Below are positions 39,319-52,475 of a stretch of 64,000 nt of DNA, in pieces. The stretch is from assembly GCA_026026165.1 (NCBI GenBank), contig JAPEUD010000007.1:434001-498000 (forward strand), read 5' to 3'. Position 1 is the first letter of the stretch; each line of letters starts with the position of its first letter. The notes beneath the pieces were generated by a model. That model was not told the DNA's origin, did no database searches, and saw nothing but the letters and a program-made list of their open reading frames with translations. Origin of the DNA: Sarea resinae (taxonomy: Eukaryota). Both the position numbers and the translations under genes were made by a program.

Positions 39319-39651
39319 TTATGAGTATTATGGGTTATGAGTTCTGGGTCAGTGCGTCGTGCGCCATCCGTACGTTAGGCTAGGGTTCTAGCTATTTAGT
39401 CGTCCTCTCTTAGATGACAAGGACAATGACGGTGACGGTGACGGTGACAGTGACAGTGACAGTGATAGTTTTCTAGTTGATAGTTTTCCTTTAGCTGTTA
39501 ACATTGACGTCAAAGTCATAGGCTTCCAGTCAGGGATTACAGCCCAGGATATAAAATAGTTATCGTGTTCCTAGCTCTGGGACTAGGTTTCCTGTTGACG
39601 GTTTGAGAATCAGTTTGTAGTTATGCTATATATAGATTGGTTATAGATTGA

Positions 39652-39677
39652 TGTGTGTGTGTGTGTGTGTGTGTGTG
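39652..39677. repeat. (TG)n microsatellite in a degenerate TG/TA-rich tract
   Basis: Visible directly in the sequence. Confidence 0.93.
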
Positions 39678-40420
39678 CGATAGATGTGTGGACATGGTAG
39701 ATGTGTGTGGATGTGTGCGTGTCTACATGTCCAGTTTATATGTGGTGGATTAGGGGATGTGGATCTCTGTACGTAGACCGATGTAAATGCATGTAGATGG
39801 ATGTGGTTAGGGATGTGGATAGGGATATGTATGCGAATGCGTGTGTACGTATATATGGCTTGTGTCTATATGTGTATCAAACGCGTCTACATAGCCGTTT
39901 TGCATGTGTCTATCTGTGTATGTGCATGAATGTAGATGCATATTCCACCAGTGGTGAAGGTGTATGCGTCGGTATGCTACTAGTAGGAAATGCGTCTGCA
40001 AGTAATTGTGTATGTATGCGTTTGTGTATTCCATATGTAGACATATACAGAAAGTAAAACATTCACTTCCGCCAGATAGCGCCCCTAGGAGGATGTTGCC
40101 TTGGCCCTTCTCTCCCTTGCCTTGCCTTGCCCTTCCTCTTCCTTTCCCATTCCTATCCATTGCCTGTCCTTTCCCTTCTGTAAGATACAAAAAGTAACAC
40201 GCCTCATCCCTTATTGCCTCATTGTCCAGAACCCCTGACTTTGATACCAGGGCTTATATATATCTCTCAGCAAGCATATCAGAGGCCCACGCCCTCGAGT
40301 ACCTCTTTTGACTTGGGTATAGCTTATATCTATAGATCTAGCACGCCGAGTCTCTAGGTTCTAGCACGCTCTGGTGCGATTGATTGGCTTCTCCGTCTTC
40401 TCCCTCCTCACCTTGAGCCA

Positions 40421-42973
40421 TCACGGCAAAAGACGGTCAGAACTCGCTCGCGGCATTCGACGATCAGGGCCCGTCGTATCCGAGTCCGAGACCGGTGCCG
40501 AAGAAGAGGCGTCATCGGGAAAGAGTCGCGGACCTTCCCGGTCTGCGGCCGGCGGAAACAAGGGCTCCGGGGCAAAGAGCTCATTGAGACGATAGGGAAG
40601 GAAAGAAGAAGAGCGCGAAGCTGGGCCCGGTGTGGCGGTGGCGGCGGCGGCCGTCGAGAGAAAAGAAACGCGCGATCCATCCGACGGGCGGCTGCTAAGT
40701 CCAGAGCTGGGTTCCGCGGGCTGGGCGCTTGAAGAGGACGCGTTCTCCCCCGGAAGGGCTCCATGCATGGTGGGCTGAGCGCCATGTCCGTTTCGTACCC
40801 CTACGGGGGCACCGGTGGAAGAGGAGTCATGTTCTTGAACGATTATCGGTGGCGGTCGAGGTGCTGATCCATCATGTGGATCTGTTGCCCGGGTGTCCGT
40901 ATCACCCAGTCTCTCAACGATATCCCGAAAGACCCATTTCATATGCCGCTGGTACCACCACCCGACGTAGGTGACAAACAAAAGGAAGACGGCGGCCGTG
41001 ATCCCGAAGCTTTTCCAATACTTTTTGGCGTCCCGGATGGCCATGTAATTGTTCGTCGAGATCGGGAATCTAAAATCGTTGTTCAGGTGGAGCCAGTACC
41101 AGACCGGAATCTGGCATAGACAATTGCGGTAGACCCCAATGATCTGCATCAAGGTCCCGCCCAAGACGCAAAACACCGATATGGCAAAGACCGAATAATC
41201 TATCACCTTCCAGACGCACCACCTCAATCTTCGGTGCGCCAGATTCTTGTCTAAGAATTTCCAGAGCCAGCAGCACAGCAGGGCAAGTTGGGTGCAGTAG
41301 TAGACCAGGAAGGTGAGAGATCTGCAACTGAGACCGATAGCTGGCGTGTAGTAGGCCACAAACAAGCCGAGCAGACATGGCAGTGATAACAATATGACGG
41401 CTATGGAGAGCTCTATCGACCATTCGCCCAGGTCCATCTCGTGTAAGCTGTTGTCCCCTTCGTAGAAGGTATATACCTTGCGGACCTCGCGGATCCACTT
41501 ATCTTTGAGTTCAGCTCTGTCCCAAAGGTCCGCTGGTTTGTAGACTGAGTTGTAGAAATAGCTGCCGACACGAAGCCATCTCCAACCTCTTAAGAAGGTC
41601 TCTTTCCAACCCGCTGGCTGCTCTTCTTCGCCTTCTTTCAGCTGCGATTTCGCGTCCTTTACCAGTGCAACCATGACACCCTCGAGCGTATTTGGATTGT
41701 TTCCGGCGAGAAGACATCCACCAACGACCGTGATATGCGCCACGGTCATCCACCAGATTCCGAATGCCAAAGCATGCGAAGTATCGTTGTCACCATAATC
41801 GCTGAAGACATCGGCCAGGGTGAGCACAAAAGAGCCAACGTAGAAGATGACAGGTGCTCCGACCATGGAACCAAAGCTATATTGGCACGCCAGCATGGTG
41901 CGGAGACGTACCTTGGTCTTTTCGAGTTCTAATCTAGTATCGTGTTCCTTTTCGAATGCCGACAGGCGACCCACAAGGTACCTGATGTGGTTCCAAGCGC
42001 CTTCCGTCTCGCAGGGCTCATGACTCGGTGTACCCTCTCCGTTGCTGCTCATGTCATCGAGGAGAATCGGCCCATCTTGTTGCCGACCAATCCTGGGACG
42101 ACCAAATTCGAGGTTGCCGACTAGTATAGCATAGAGAAGATGGATTGCTCTTAGGCCTTTCTGCTGTACTTGGCCATCTTTCATGAAGATGATCTGATCG
42201 ACCTCACCCTTGCGCTTGGTCTTGGGGCTTTTCCGAAGGTCATCCTCCAATATTTGCCGATCAAGTCCAGCTTCGTAAAGGGCACTGATGAGCATTGGCC
42301 CCGCGTATGCGAAGACTATGCTCAGCCAGACAACCGTATCAAGAACAGCAATGCTTCCGGCAATCGAGGCGTAATAAAACCCAACAACAATGTCCACGAG
42401 CAAATTGCCTTTCTCGATTTTGAAGAGCTCCTCGGGAATCTCAATCTTTCTCTGTCGCGGAATCGCTAGCACGAAGACGACAGACGGAAGAAGGAATCCT
42501 ACCAGAGGCTGCACCCACTGACTCAAATTTTTGGATCCAGAGCGCTGCCAGCCGGGACACTTTTGATGGCACCACGTGTAATTAACGTTTACTTCTATCG
42601 GATTGCCGCTCGGATCCGTCGTGTACTGGGAGTTGCACGGCCAGTTCCGTTCTAGCATGGAGCTATTGACGTCCCGCCCATTGCTTAACATGAGGTATCG
42701 GTCCCGACCGACCTGAACCGTTCCGTTCGCATCGCTGTAGAGTGACTCGTTTACTGCTATCATGCAGCAACGGGTGTCGAATTGTTGCCCACCTATGATG
42801 CTGCTAGGTCTCGGCGGGAAGCTATTGAACTCAGGAAACGCTTGTCGGAAAGCTTCGGGTATGCCGTAGAACCCGGTATCTGAAGCATTGCCTTGGGCGT
42901 CCACGCAGAGAAAGAAAAGTAAAGAGCAGGTGATGTACACGACACGAAGCCGAATCAAAAATGGGCTTGCCAT
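40421..42973 (-). CDS. Uncharacterised 850-aa polytopic membrane protein with signal peptide and Cys-containing ectodomain
   Basis: Single uninterrupted 2.55-kb ORF. Hydrophobic N-terminus, Cys residues and N-X-S/T sites in the first ~150 aa, many TM-like segments and a Ser/Pro-rich tail. Confidence 0.8.
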   Translation of the reverse strand: MASPFLIRLRVVYITCSLLFFLCVDAQGNASDTGFYGIPEAFRQAFPEFNSFPPRPSSIIGGQQFDTRCCMIAVNESLYSDANGTVQVGRDRYLMLSNGRDVNSSMLERNWPCNSQYTTDPSGNPIEVNVNYTWCHQKCPGWQRSGSKNLSQWVQPLVGFLLPSVVFVLAIPRQRKIEIPEELFKIEKGNLLVDIVVGFYYASIAGSIAVLDTVVWLSIVFAYAGPMLISALYEAGLDRQILEDDLRKSPKTKRKGEVDQIIFMKDGQVQQKGLRAIHLLYAILVGNLEFGRPRIGRQQDGPILLDDMSSNGEGTPSHEPCETEGAWNHIRYLVGRLSAFEKEHDTRLELEKTKVRLRTMLACQYSFGSMVGAPVIFYVGSFVLTLADVFSDYGDNDTSHALAFGIWWMTVAHITVVGGCLLAGNNPNTLEGVMVALVKDAKSQLKEGEEEQPAGWKETFLRGWRWLRVGSYFYNSVYKPADLWDRAELKDKWIREVRKVYTFYEGDNSLHEMDLGEWSIELSIAVILLSLPCLLGLFVAYYTPAIGLSCRSLTFLVYYCTQLALLCCWLWKFLDKNLAHRRLRWCVWKVIDYSVFAISVFCVLGGTLMQIIGVYRNCLCQIPVWYWLHLNNDFRFPISTNNYMAIRDAKKYWKSFGITAAVFLLFVTYVGWWYQRHMKWVFRDIVERLGDTDTRATDPHDGSAPRPPPIIVQEHDSSSTGAPVGVRNGHGAQPTMHGALPGENASSSSAQPAEPSSGLSSRPSDGSRVSFLSTAAAATATPGPASRSSSFLPYRLNELFAPEPLFPPAADREGPRLFPDDASSSAPVSDSDTTGPDRRMPRASSDRLLP

Positions 42974-44990
42974 GCTCCTGATGTCGTCTCAAGATCTTCT
43001 TGATACAGGGGACTTCCCATCATACAGTACCGCTTTTTCGAAGCAGAAAAGAAACAAGGAAGCAAGTCTATGGAGGACTGTGAGCCGTTGACGGGACAAG
43101 AGCCATTTAAGTTGTTCAAGCGCCTAGGCTGATGAATACCAGGAATCAAAAGTCGCAGCTGTAAGGCCAGGGTAGGGGCCCAGTGTGATAAGTGCGGGTG
43201 GTCGCGGCCACAGGCAACATCTACAGGCAACATCTTGTGGCGGCGATTGTCGCACAAAAACAACCTTCAGTTGGCCACGAGAGGAGTATCGTACGGCAGT
43301 GAATGGGAACAGATAGGCTCGCGGTCACCAATGGATCAGTTGGAGGCGCGCGGCGTAGCTTTGACCATCGGGTTTAGACAAGGCTGAGCCTTTGCGAAAG
43401 GCAATGGTTGCCTTATACAACATCGTCTCTAGTATGCGTAGAAGCCGAGTCACATGCACTGCGCTGAAGTGGCGCACCAGGCTTGAAGCCGTCCGACTCG
43501 AGAGCAGACAGTCACAGCGATATCATGGATGGGGCATCTGCGCGAGATGTTGATGGCGCACGTCAGGGAGATAGGGCAGCTGACTAAGCGTAGAAGACCC
43601 TCCGGGACCAGGTACGGAGTACCTTACTATGGTACGCAGTGATAAGGGACCTCGGACCCGATCTTAGGTTGTTCGCTTCTTTCGTACTATTCCGGAGTAC
43701 ATGTACCTTATGTACAGAGTACCTAGTTGCCCTGAGATCTCTGGTACCTCTCTGAGCTCACGTTCCACTGCGGAAGTACCCACGTAGGTAGCGAGGTATC
43801 GCAAGGTACATCGGCGACCGACCGAGTCAGGCCTAGTGAGGCTCAACCGGCACGGAAGCGAGTCTTAAGCCTCCGTCTCCTCGTCGGCCATTGGACCATG
43901 GAACGCCGACGTTTTGCGGGGAAGGTGGAGGGAATCATGATAGCCGAACAACGTGTGCACTCGAACCGAATGAACCACACGAAACCACATGTGCTCGAGT
44001 ACTACTACCGTCGGATGGAGGGCGTCTAGGTGCCTTTCACGTCTATCAGGGGCCAATCTCAAACCATTCATTCCACCGCTCGACCAAACAAAGTCAGATT
44101 TCGACTAGGCTTCCTATGAAAAAGAACCGATGATCATCGAGGAGAAAAGACGGAAGAAAACAAGATGGATCGCTACCTGCTTGCCCCTTTGTGACCTTGA
44201 AATGAGAAGATGCATTTTTCGCCAAAGGAGATGTGCACGACACATGCGAGATGCTCTACAAAGAAATCCGAGCGACGAAGTGTAAGTCAGACCGTGCTTT
44301 GCGTCTGTAATCGAGCGAGAACACGGAAGGGAAAGAAAAGAAAGAAAATAGAAGACAGGAGAGACATGGTAGAGAACACACGAAGACTCGAGCTGCAAGG
44401 ATTCTGCAAACCGAATCAGCCGATTGGCAATCCGGGAATGAGAGGCGAGACGAGTAGGAAGACTGAACAAACAAAATTTCCATTTCCATTCCCATTTCCA
44501 TCGCTCTATCACAGACCAGATGACACGCAGAACCTCCATCAAATGAGTCAGATTCAAAGTCGAAATGCGTTCGGGTCACGGCCAGAACAAGCCAAACATG
44601 ACCGCAAAATAAGACCGTGGCAAAGAGCCACGCTGACCTCTGGCCTTTCTACCCGCCACTCGCCTACTGTATCCTCAACTCGCAAGATACTCCGATTTCC
44701 ACGTGACAAGCTAGATAGCGTCCTAGCAGCCATTTGCTCGCAACACGTTCGCCGAAGGACAATGCTTGAATAATGCACAAGAAAAAGATCGTCGCTAAAG
44801 ACGGGCATGAACGTAATAAAATTTGCAACCTGCTCGACAGATTGCTACCTTAAAAGGCTTCAACGCCATTCCCTCGCAGGCGCCGGGGAGCATGATCGGT
44901 GCGGTACGAGAGGCGAAAAAGTCGAGTGCCAATCGAAGAATGCTGGATGAGTCCCAGTCCGCCTGATGCGCCAGTAATTCACATAAAGGT

Positions 44991-47736
44991 TTAAAAAAAA
45001 TGTGTGTAGACTTTCGATTGCTCGTGAACTTCCATCTCCTGTGTAATGAATTAGCTTTCATTCGGGACAACAGTCTGAAAGAATCTTTACCATTTTGAAG
45101 GTATTCAGCTCTTCCTTGATTTGCTGAGCAAGCATTGGGGTCAAACGGTTGCAAGTAGCGATTTCGCCCCTCCGATCATACTCGCCGCTTGGCCACGTAT
45201 CATGGAATTGGATGCGAGGGCTGAAACTGATATTTCGAGCTAGACTCTGTGGGGTATTGGGAGCGCTCTTCGAGCTGCCGTTCGAGAAACTAGGGATCGA
45301 CATGAAGTAGTCTTCGCCTTCGATAGTGACCGAATCCGTGCGGCGATGACCGGCCCGATGAGGTTGATCTTCCACGGGAGTGCTGGGGCTGCTGGGAGAA
45401 GGAGAATCATTTACATGAGGAATGCGGGGAAGATTGAAATCTGTGCCCTTGCTGTCAACGGGTTTGACGACTGGCGAAGAGCTCCCAGAATCGGTACCGG
45501 TTCCTAATCAATCATCAGCAGCCAACTCTTACTTCTCGCATGATAGCAGCCACTCTTACTCTTCAATATGCCCTTCTTGACAGCAGCCAAAACTTCCGAT
45601 CTCTCTTTCTCTCCACCAACTATGCTCTTCCTGGCCCTTAAGTCGCTACCGTTGCTCTCACCTGAATTCCCACGACCTTCATTGCCTGCGGCACTTGCAG
45701 CATCCATTGAATTGCGTTCAAGCTTCGGAAACCCAGTCCCCCCACCCGTTTGCTCGTGCGGGTTTGCATTGACGTTCACCTTTTCTCTCTCGGCTTCGAC
45801 CGTAACCATCGACACTTGCCCAACGCTAGCTTCAGGGACAGGACCTTCTGCTGCTGGTATCCCAGTCACAGATTTTGGGCGGAACAGACCAGCTAGAGAG
45901 CGAGTAGACTTCTTCATCCCCTTGCCCATCTTTCGAATCATGACTGAAGCCGATGAGGCGGTGGAGGAGATTGAAAGGTTATCGGTTGAGCCGGCAAAGA
46001 AGTGTCCCTGCCCGGAGTATATTCCCTCGCCAATGCCGGCAGCCTCCTGCTTCTGAGCGATGGCAGCTTGTTCAGCCTCGTTGTCGTTGTGATACCTATC
46101 CTTTCGTAGTTTGGCCCGTTCAGCAGATATGCTGTTGTTCATGTTGTTCTCAGCGGAAGCCCGACGAAGTTCGGCAGCACTTCCAAAGGAAAAGGCTCGC
46201 TTTAGCCGGGACTTGACGCCCTTCTTTGCTTCCTTCTCATTCAAGGCTGCGAGGCGCTGTGCAGCAGGGCTTTCTGGGACACCAGCTTGCGTAGTCTGTG
46301 TCACGGCAGGGGTTGGCTCGGTCGGCTTGGATGGTTGTGGAGTAGCGAATGATTCTTTGAAAGAAGTCGCCTCAGGACTCATCGGCACCGGTTTCGAGAG
46401 GGGAGATGGGTGAGCTAAGCGTTTATTGGGATCAGACGACCCACGCGCGGGAACATTCACAGTCTTTATATCTTGGGAGGTAGATGCGGTCTGGGAAGAA
46501 GTGGTAGCAGACAGACTAGCAGGTACCATGGGCTCTCGTTTGATCTGTATAATTGATTAGGAACGGATACCAGTGAACTGACAACCAGATGTAAATCTGA
46601 TGGATAAAATCACTCACAGAAGATGCTCGAGAATTGCTGTGAGACGAAGACGCACTCTCAGCACTGCTTTGTCGTCCGTGAGACGATCCTGGTCGCACAA
46701 TTGGTGGCGAAGGTGTCGGATCTCTGTGATCTTGTCGACTAGTAGCAACAGGTGAGGGTGTGGCATGTCGTTGCTGGGTCATGACTTGATTACGATTGTC
46801 ATTCGCCGGGCCGCCGAGTTCTGCGGACCCTAGGCTGCTGATACTTCGTCGATGGTATCTCTTCCCTTGATCAGAAGCAGGCTGACGATAGAGGTGCATG
46901 TCATCCACGCTTGTCGCACGGAGTTGTCCACTGTATGTGAAGCCATTGTTTCGAACGCTTTGTGGATTTGCCGGTCCAGGTGACTGATACGTGTGAAGGG
47001 TTGGAGAGCTCTGTGCCTGTGAAGGATGATTATAGAGATGGCCTACGGCGACCATGCCAGAACCCGAAGGCATGGCAGACGTGTTCGGAGAGCCAACCCG
47101 CTGGGTATTAGAGGGAGGAGTATTTGTCTCAGCGCGACGATTATTGCGACGATAACGATCTGGAAATTGTTTGGTCTGGGACTGGAATTGAGCATCTGAG
47201 GGTATGTTGCTGAGCCCAATGGTCGAGGCGGGCCGATTGCTAGCATCGACATGACGCGATGGTGTCATAATAGCACTGTCATCTTTGGAAACAAACTGCT
47301 GTCCATGGCCATGATAGACTGGGGAATTCGGGGCGGATGTCTGAACGTAACGAGGTCGTGCAGCTCCTTGGCCGTTGGGGTTCTGCTGACTATAGGGGTT
47401 CCCTGGGGCCGAGAACGTCCGTTGTTCCTGTCGAAGATGGGGAGACTGTTGGTTTTGACGCGGTCCGCTGTTCGACGCCGTCAGGATAGGTGTGCTCGTA
47501 AACGCGTAAGGAGCGACCGGAGATAATGGAGCCTGCCCTCGGTAGCCGGCAGCACCCATACCACCGATCATGCCGTTGTATACATTCCGTGAGAGAGGAG
47601 CAGATCGTGCTGATGCTTGATGGGATTGCCCTTGCGGGGCATTCTGAAAGCTGCCTGAAGCAGAGGATGGCCGAGATTGGAGCATTGTGACAACACTTGA
47701 TTGTTGGGGGTATGTCTGGACGAGGGCAGCCATCAT
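44991..47736 (-). CDS. bni4: Bni4-like PP1 (Glc7)-targeting scaffold protein
   Basis: Exons 46618-47736, 45560-46544, 45091-45503, 44991-45038 give 854 aa. Low-complexity body, KKGILK, and C-terminus RNISFSPRIQFHDTWPSGEYDRRGEIATCNRLTPMLAQQIKEELNTFKMEMEVHEQSKVYTHFF. The start codon is uncertain. Confidence 0.85.
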
Positions 47737-50700
47737 GTTCTCAGATGGCAATAGCGATGGAGTCGTCGGCGGTGTTGAAGGTTGTAAGGGAAGATTTGCT
47801 ATTGAAGCAATGATTCGGACAGGGTGAGCTGGGCGGAGGGCGTTGGGAAAGAGACCCCGGAGTAGAAAAACTCAGTCTGATGGGCGAGGAAGATGTTAGC
47901 CAGTGTGAATCATGGTGTTGTTCGGCAGTATGAGAGAACGTGACTCTGTACGGGAAGTAGTGATGATGATGGGAGGGAACCTAGATGGCAGCCTGACCGA
48001 GGGAGCGGTAGCTCTCGACCCGAATTGCAGCGGATTTACATACCCCCTTTCGCAGCAGAGACAACAGAGGCCCCACAGAATGATTATACAATGTACAATG
48101 AACAGACAAAAGTATTCATTGGTGATAGACCGCGTGAAGGTAAATCAAAAGACAGTAAGGCTGTCGAGTCGTATCGAATGAGCGAGGTGACAGACTGTAC
48201 CGTGTGCCTCGTCTGTCATGGATTGACTGCAAATGCCAAGTGAGGAAGCGTCAACACGTCCCGCAACCAGACGAAGTGGATGCAACACCGCTTCGAATAT
48301 GATCTGCCGACCGGTCGTCGGGTGAGAAGAGCGACCGTGTCCTTCAAATGAAGAGGACGAACGTTGGGGAGGTTGAAGGCAGAGTGTGGCACCCAAGGGG
48401 GGACGACGTCAAGCGAATGTGTTCTCAATCCGAGGAATGTCGTTGCATCCTGGCAGTTCGGGGGCCACTCAGAAAGAAAGAAAGGGAAAAGAAAGCGAGA
48501 GGGAGAAGATGAGGATGAGACGTGATGAGGATGATGAGGGTGAGGACGATGATGATGATGCGGCGGCAGAGGAGATGGAGGATGAAGGGCGAGAGAGGAT
48601 GGGCGGCGGGATTGGGTGAGGAGAATGAATGTATGAGTGGAGAGGAGTATGTATGTCTGGAAGAGGTATCGACTGGATAGGATCACCACGCTCTCCGGAG
48701 TCGAAGAGTTCCTCCACGAAGTAGATGGACTACTGAGTGAGTGAATGTTCTCCCTGGCCGAGCTATGCTGGATACTACTACTACGGCGAGTCGTCTGTCT
48801 CTGTGCCTACGGTATTCTCCATCCTGGGATCTCGCCGTCTCCCTCTCTCTGCTCCTTCATGCTCCCTCTCCTTCTCCTTCTCCTTTGGCCCTGAGAGGTG
48901 CGCGGTGTCTTGCCGGCCGCAGTAGGTTGCAGAAGTGCACATCCATGGGATCGTAGTGAGGTGCTCGCTACAGGGGTTGATAGGCTTCCCTTCGCTGGAC
49001 ACACCACATCTGGTAGGCGTGTTACGACATGCCTTCGCGGCGTAATCTACAAGCGGAATGGCGTCGTGCTACGGGCTGGCTGAGTTACGCGCAGAGGCCG
49101 TGATATCCCATGTTTCGTATTCGACCTTGTACGTGGAAGTATCTCGAGCCACGGCCAAGTACTCCTGATGCGCAAGATGTCGTTCTCTCCATCTCTCCTG
49201 TCCTCTTCGAGCCTGTCGACGGATGGAAATCCACTGCATCGATTGACAGCTGAAAGGCATGATTGACAGATGGATCAGATCCATGGGGAACATCCATTGT
49301 GCCCAGAGCGTTCCTGCCCAGGCTGCCTCAGAGACCCTCGTACATCGTCCTCCACCTGCCTCGAACCATATATCATATCGGCAATATTTAGTGGTGGTAC
49401 CCGTCGACTGCAACCGAGAGCGTTCGTCTATCATGCCCGTCTTCCGCCCATCTCCATGCCGCTCGAGGGGCGGTGGTGACATGCTTCTCCATCAATGTAC
49501 GTAGTAGGTACTCCGGTACTCCCGCAACAAGGCCATAGGAACTCCTCGTACCTTGCCTACTTGGGCGGGGGACTTACTTCAGTAGTACCTTAGAGGACTT
49601 AGAGTAAGGTACGTAGCTAGGTAGTAAGGGCCATCGACTATGAAGAGATACTAGAGCACACTACCATTTCGTACCTTTCCATGCTACTCCAGGGCTGTAC
49701 CGTACTTGCTCTACTTCGTAGTAGGCTCCTCTACCTGCCCAAGGTACTCCGTACTTCGTACGTCTCTCCCTACCTACCTTACCTACCTTACCTTCTACCC
49801 GTGCTTAAACTATCCCACCCCCCGCTCAACCAGCTGTGAAACATGCCTTGAGCAAGCCGCAGAGTTCCTTCGTTCCGCAAAGACCAGCGCATCGCCGCTC
49901 CGTGAGCAGTGCCGCAGGCCGCACCCAGCCTCGGGGAAAGGAGGCATGGTTTCCAATCTCTCTGGGCTACTTGCTCTAAGCAAGGTTGGTGATAACGACC
50001 TTTCGAGGTCCCCTCCTGACTGCCTGCTCTAAGGCAAGGTAGTGTGGTTGTGGGCGCAATCGTGCTGGATTCTTCTGGGACCGGGCATCGTCATGATTCT
50101 CGAGAAGATTCAATGAAGGTACGGCAATGCATTCGACCCTTCAGCTTTCGTATTTCGTACATCGTACATCTGCAGGTGAGTGAGTACCTAAGCTAGTTGA
50201 GTCACTCATTCTTGTACGGCATCATTGAATGAGTGCCTTTATTCTTGATAGGCTGATATTGGCTTGGAATAGTGATCAAGGTAGGTACTGTAGGCAATAA
50301 CAATGCAGTCACCTCAGTTCTCTCATTCGTTGAGTTTTGTTGACTGAATTTCTCATCCGTAAGGTACCTAGGTACTTCGTAAAATTAGACTAGACAATCT
50401 GATAAGATAATGAAGATCGGACCCTTTTCAAATGTGACACAACTACGTAAGCCATTGTTGCTTGCAGCCACGGGTCGTTATCAAAATCTTCTATCTGGGA
50501 GTACCTTGCTTCAATGCTGTATGTTTCGAACGCGTTTTGTCACGATGTACAATAGCCTATGGCCTTTGGCCAGCCATTACTGCGGGATCTGGGAATTAAT
50601 GTCCCCATAAGGACTTTACAGTACTTGGGGTAGATAGTCCAATGACAACGACTTCGAATATCTACTCCGGCGTAATGTTACTCTAGACGAATCATGTACG

Positions 50701-52475
50701 TGATTGGTGAACTATATTTCTTGGCTGATGTTCCGATCTCCTACAGCGAAGCTTCAACGGTCATCTCAGCCTCCGTCGTTCTACACCGGCATCTGCTCAA
50801 CGTCAACCGGGTCCTCGTTTTCGGAACGCCTGTTGCCGAGGGATAAGTCTAACTACCTTACTACCTTGCCTTGTGCAAATTATCAGGCAAAGCAGCACTT
50901 ACAGAGTATACTCCGGAGTATGAAGTTTGTCATTCTCACATAGCGTATCTACTGCACAGTAGCGCAAAGGCCGTTTCGATTCATCGCGGGGATGCAAGCA
51001 AGCCTTCCATTCTACTCCTTTAGCCCCTGACTGACGACAACATATCGGCCAATATTATCCGAGCAAAGGATGAATGTCCGCATAGATTTGAGTGGTCGCG
51101 GTCGTCGAGCCGGCGCGGCAAATGAATATTTACCCACGCGGCTGTCGTGCGGATACGTAGCCCACTCTCCCAGCTCATCTCCGAATCTTCATCCTGTTGC
51201 ACTCCTCAATCTCGCGCGGTCGCGATTCGGATTTGGCATGGCTATTGCAGGACCCAGCTCCGCAACCGTCATATGAACACGGTCTGCAACCGGCGTCGGA
51301 AATCCTTCGTCGAAAAGAAAAGACGAAATTGTATCTACATCAGTAAGGAAATCACGCCATGGGCTCCTCTCGCCTCGAACCCTTCCCCACGGGCTATCCA
51401 TTTGGCGACATTTCGATTGTCGCGAGGAACCCACATCGCTTGGGCTTCGCCGCCGCTACTCATGTACCTTCCCTCTGCAGCAGCGCTCACATCAGTTCGG
51501 TGCAGGAGGTAGGGATTGACGATAAGATAGGGTGAAAAAACATTGAAGCAGATTTCACGCTGAACGATGGTGAACATACCAGGACAGCATCCCATCCCAG
51601 GAGCACGGCGTCTGGAGCACGGCGTCTGGTGGAATTGATCCCAATCTCTAAATTGCATACCTCAGGTACCTTACTTTATCACAGCCGTGACCGATCAGTA
51701 CCTTACCTGACTTGCCTCTTCTAAAACCACAGCTCGGACCTCGCACTAGTTGATGCTTCAGCATTACTACGTACTATGTAGTAGTCGACTGCTAAGATCT
51801 TACTAGGGGCGAAGATCTGCCAACGTAAGATAGGTAGTGCGGCCTCGTTCCCTGAACGACGTTCCCTGAACCCCGTACGGAGATGTACTCGGAGTACTGG
51901 GTGGGATCAATGGCAGTGGCGATACGCATTTGCTACATGCAGCATGATCTAAATTTATTTGATAAGAGACATCCACATAGAGGCAGACGCAGCAGCAAGT
52001 GTCTCTGTTCGAAGACCAGCACGACAGATTGCTGAAAATCAACCATCTGAGACTTCACATGAAGGACTTGATCGTATCATCGGTAGGCCAGACGCGTACT
52101 CCGTAGTACCTAGAACGAATGACTTGGCCTTCAATTGTGAGTACTCGGAGTCGAGTTCTCCTAGCCAGGAACTACCTGTTGAGGCTCAAAGCGGACCGGA
52201 GCGGAATTATGTATTTCCGCCTTCCAGTCCAGACCGAATCTCGGCCACAATTTTTCTGGATGTGGCACGTCAGCCATGGGACGGTCGCTTTCACGCCGTG
52301 AAATTCAACACCAGGAATCTTTGTCGTGATCTTTCGAGAGTAAGCCATCACTGCTCGCGCTGGGCTCTTTGGAACGATATCATCTCCAACCATACGGTCC
52401 TTGAGCCGTTTCGGCCCTCGGGGCCCGTTGTCATTCCTTCGGCAATACGCATATCAACTACTAAGTCGCATTGCC

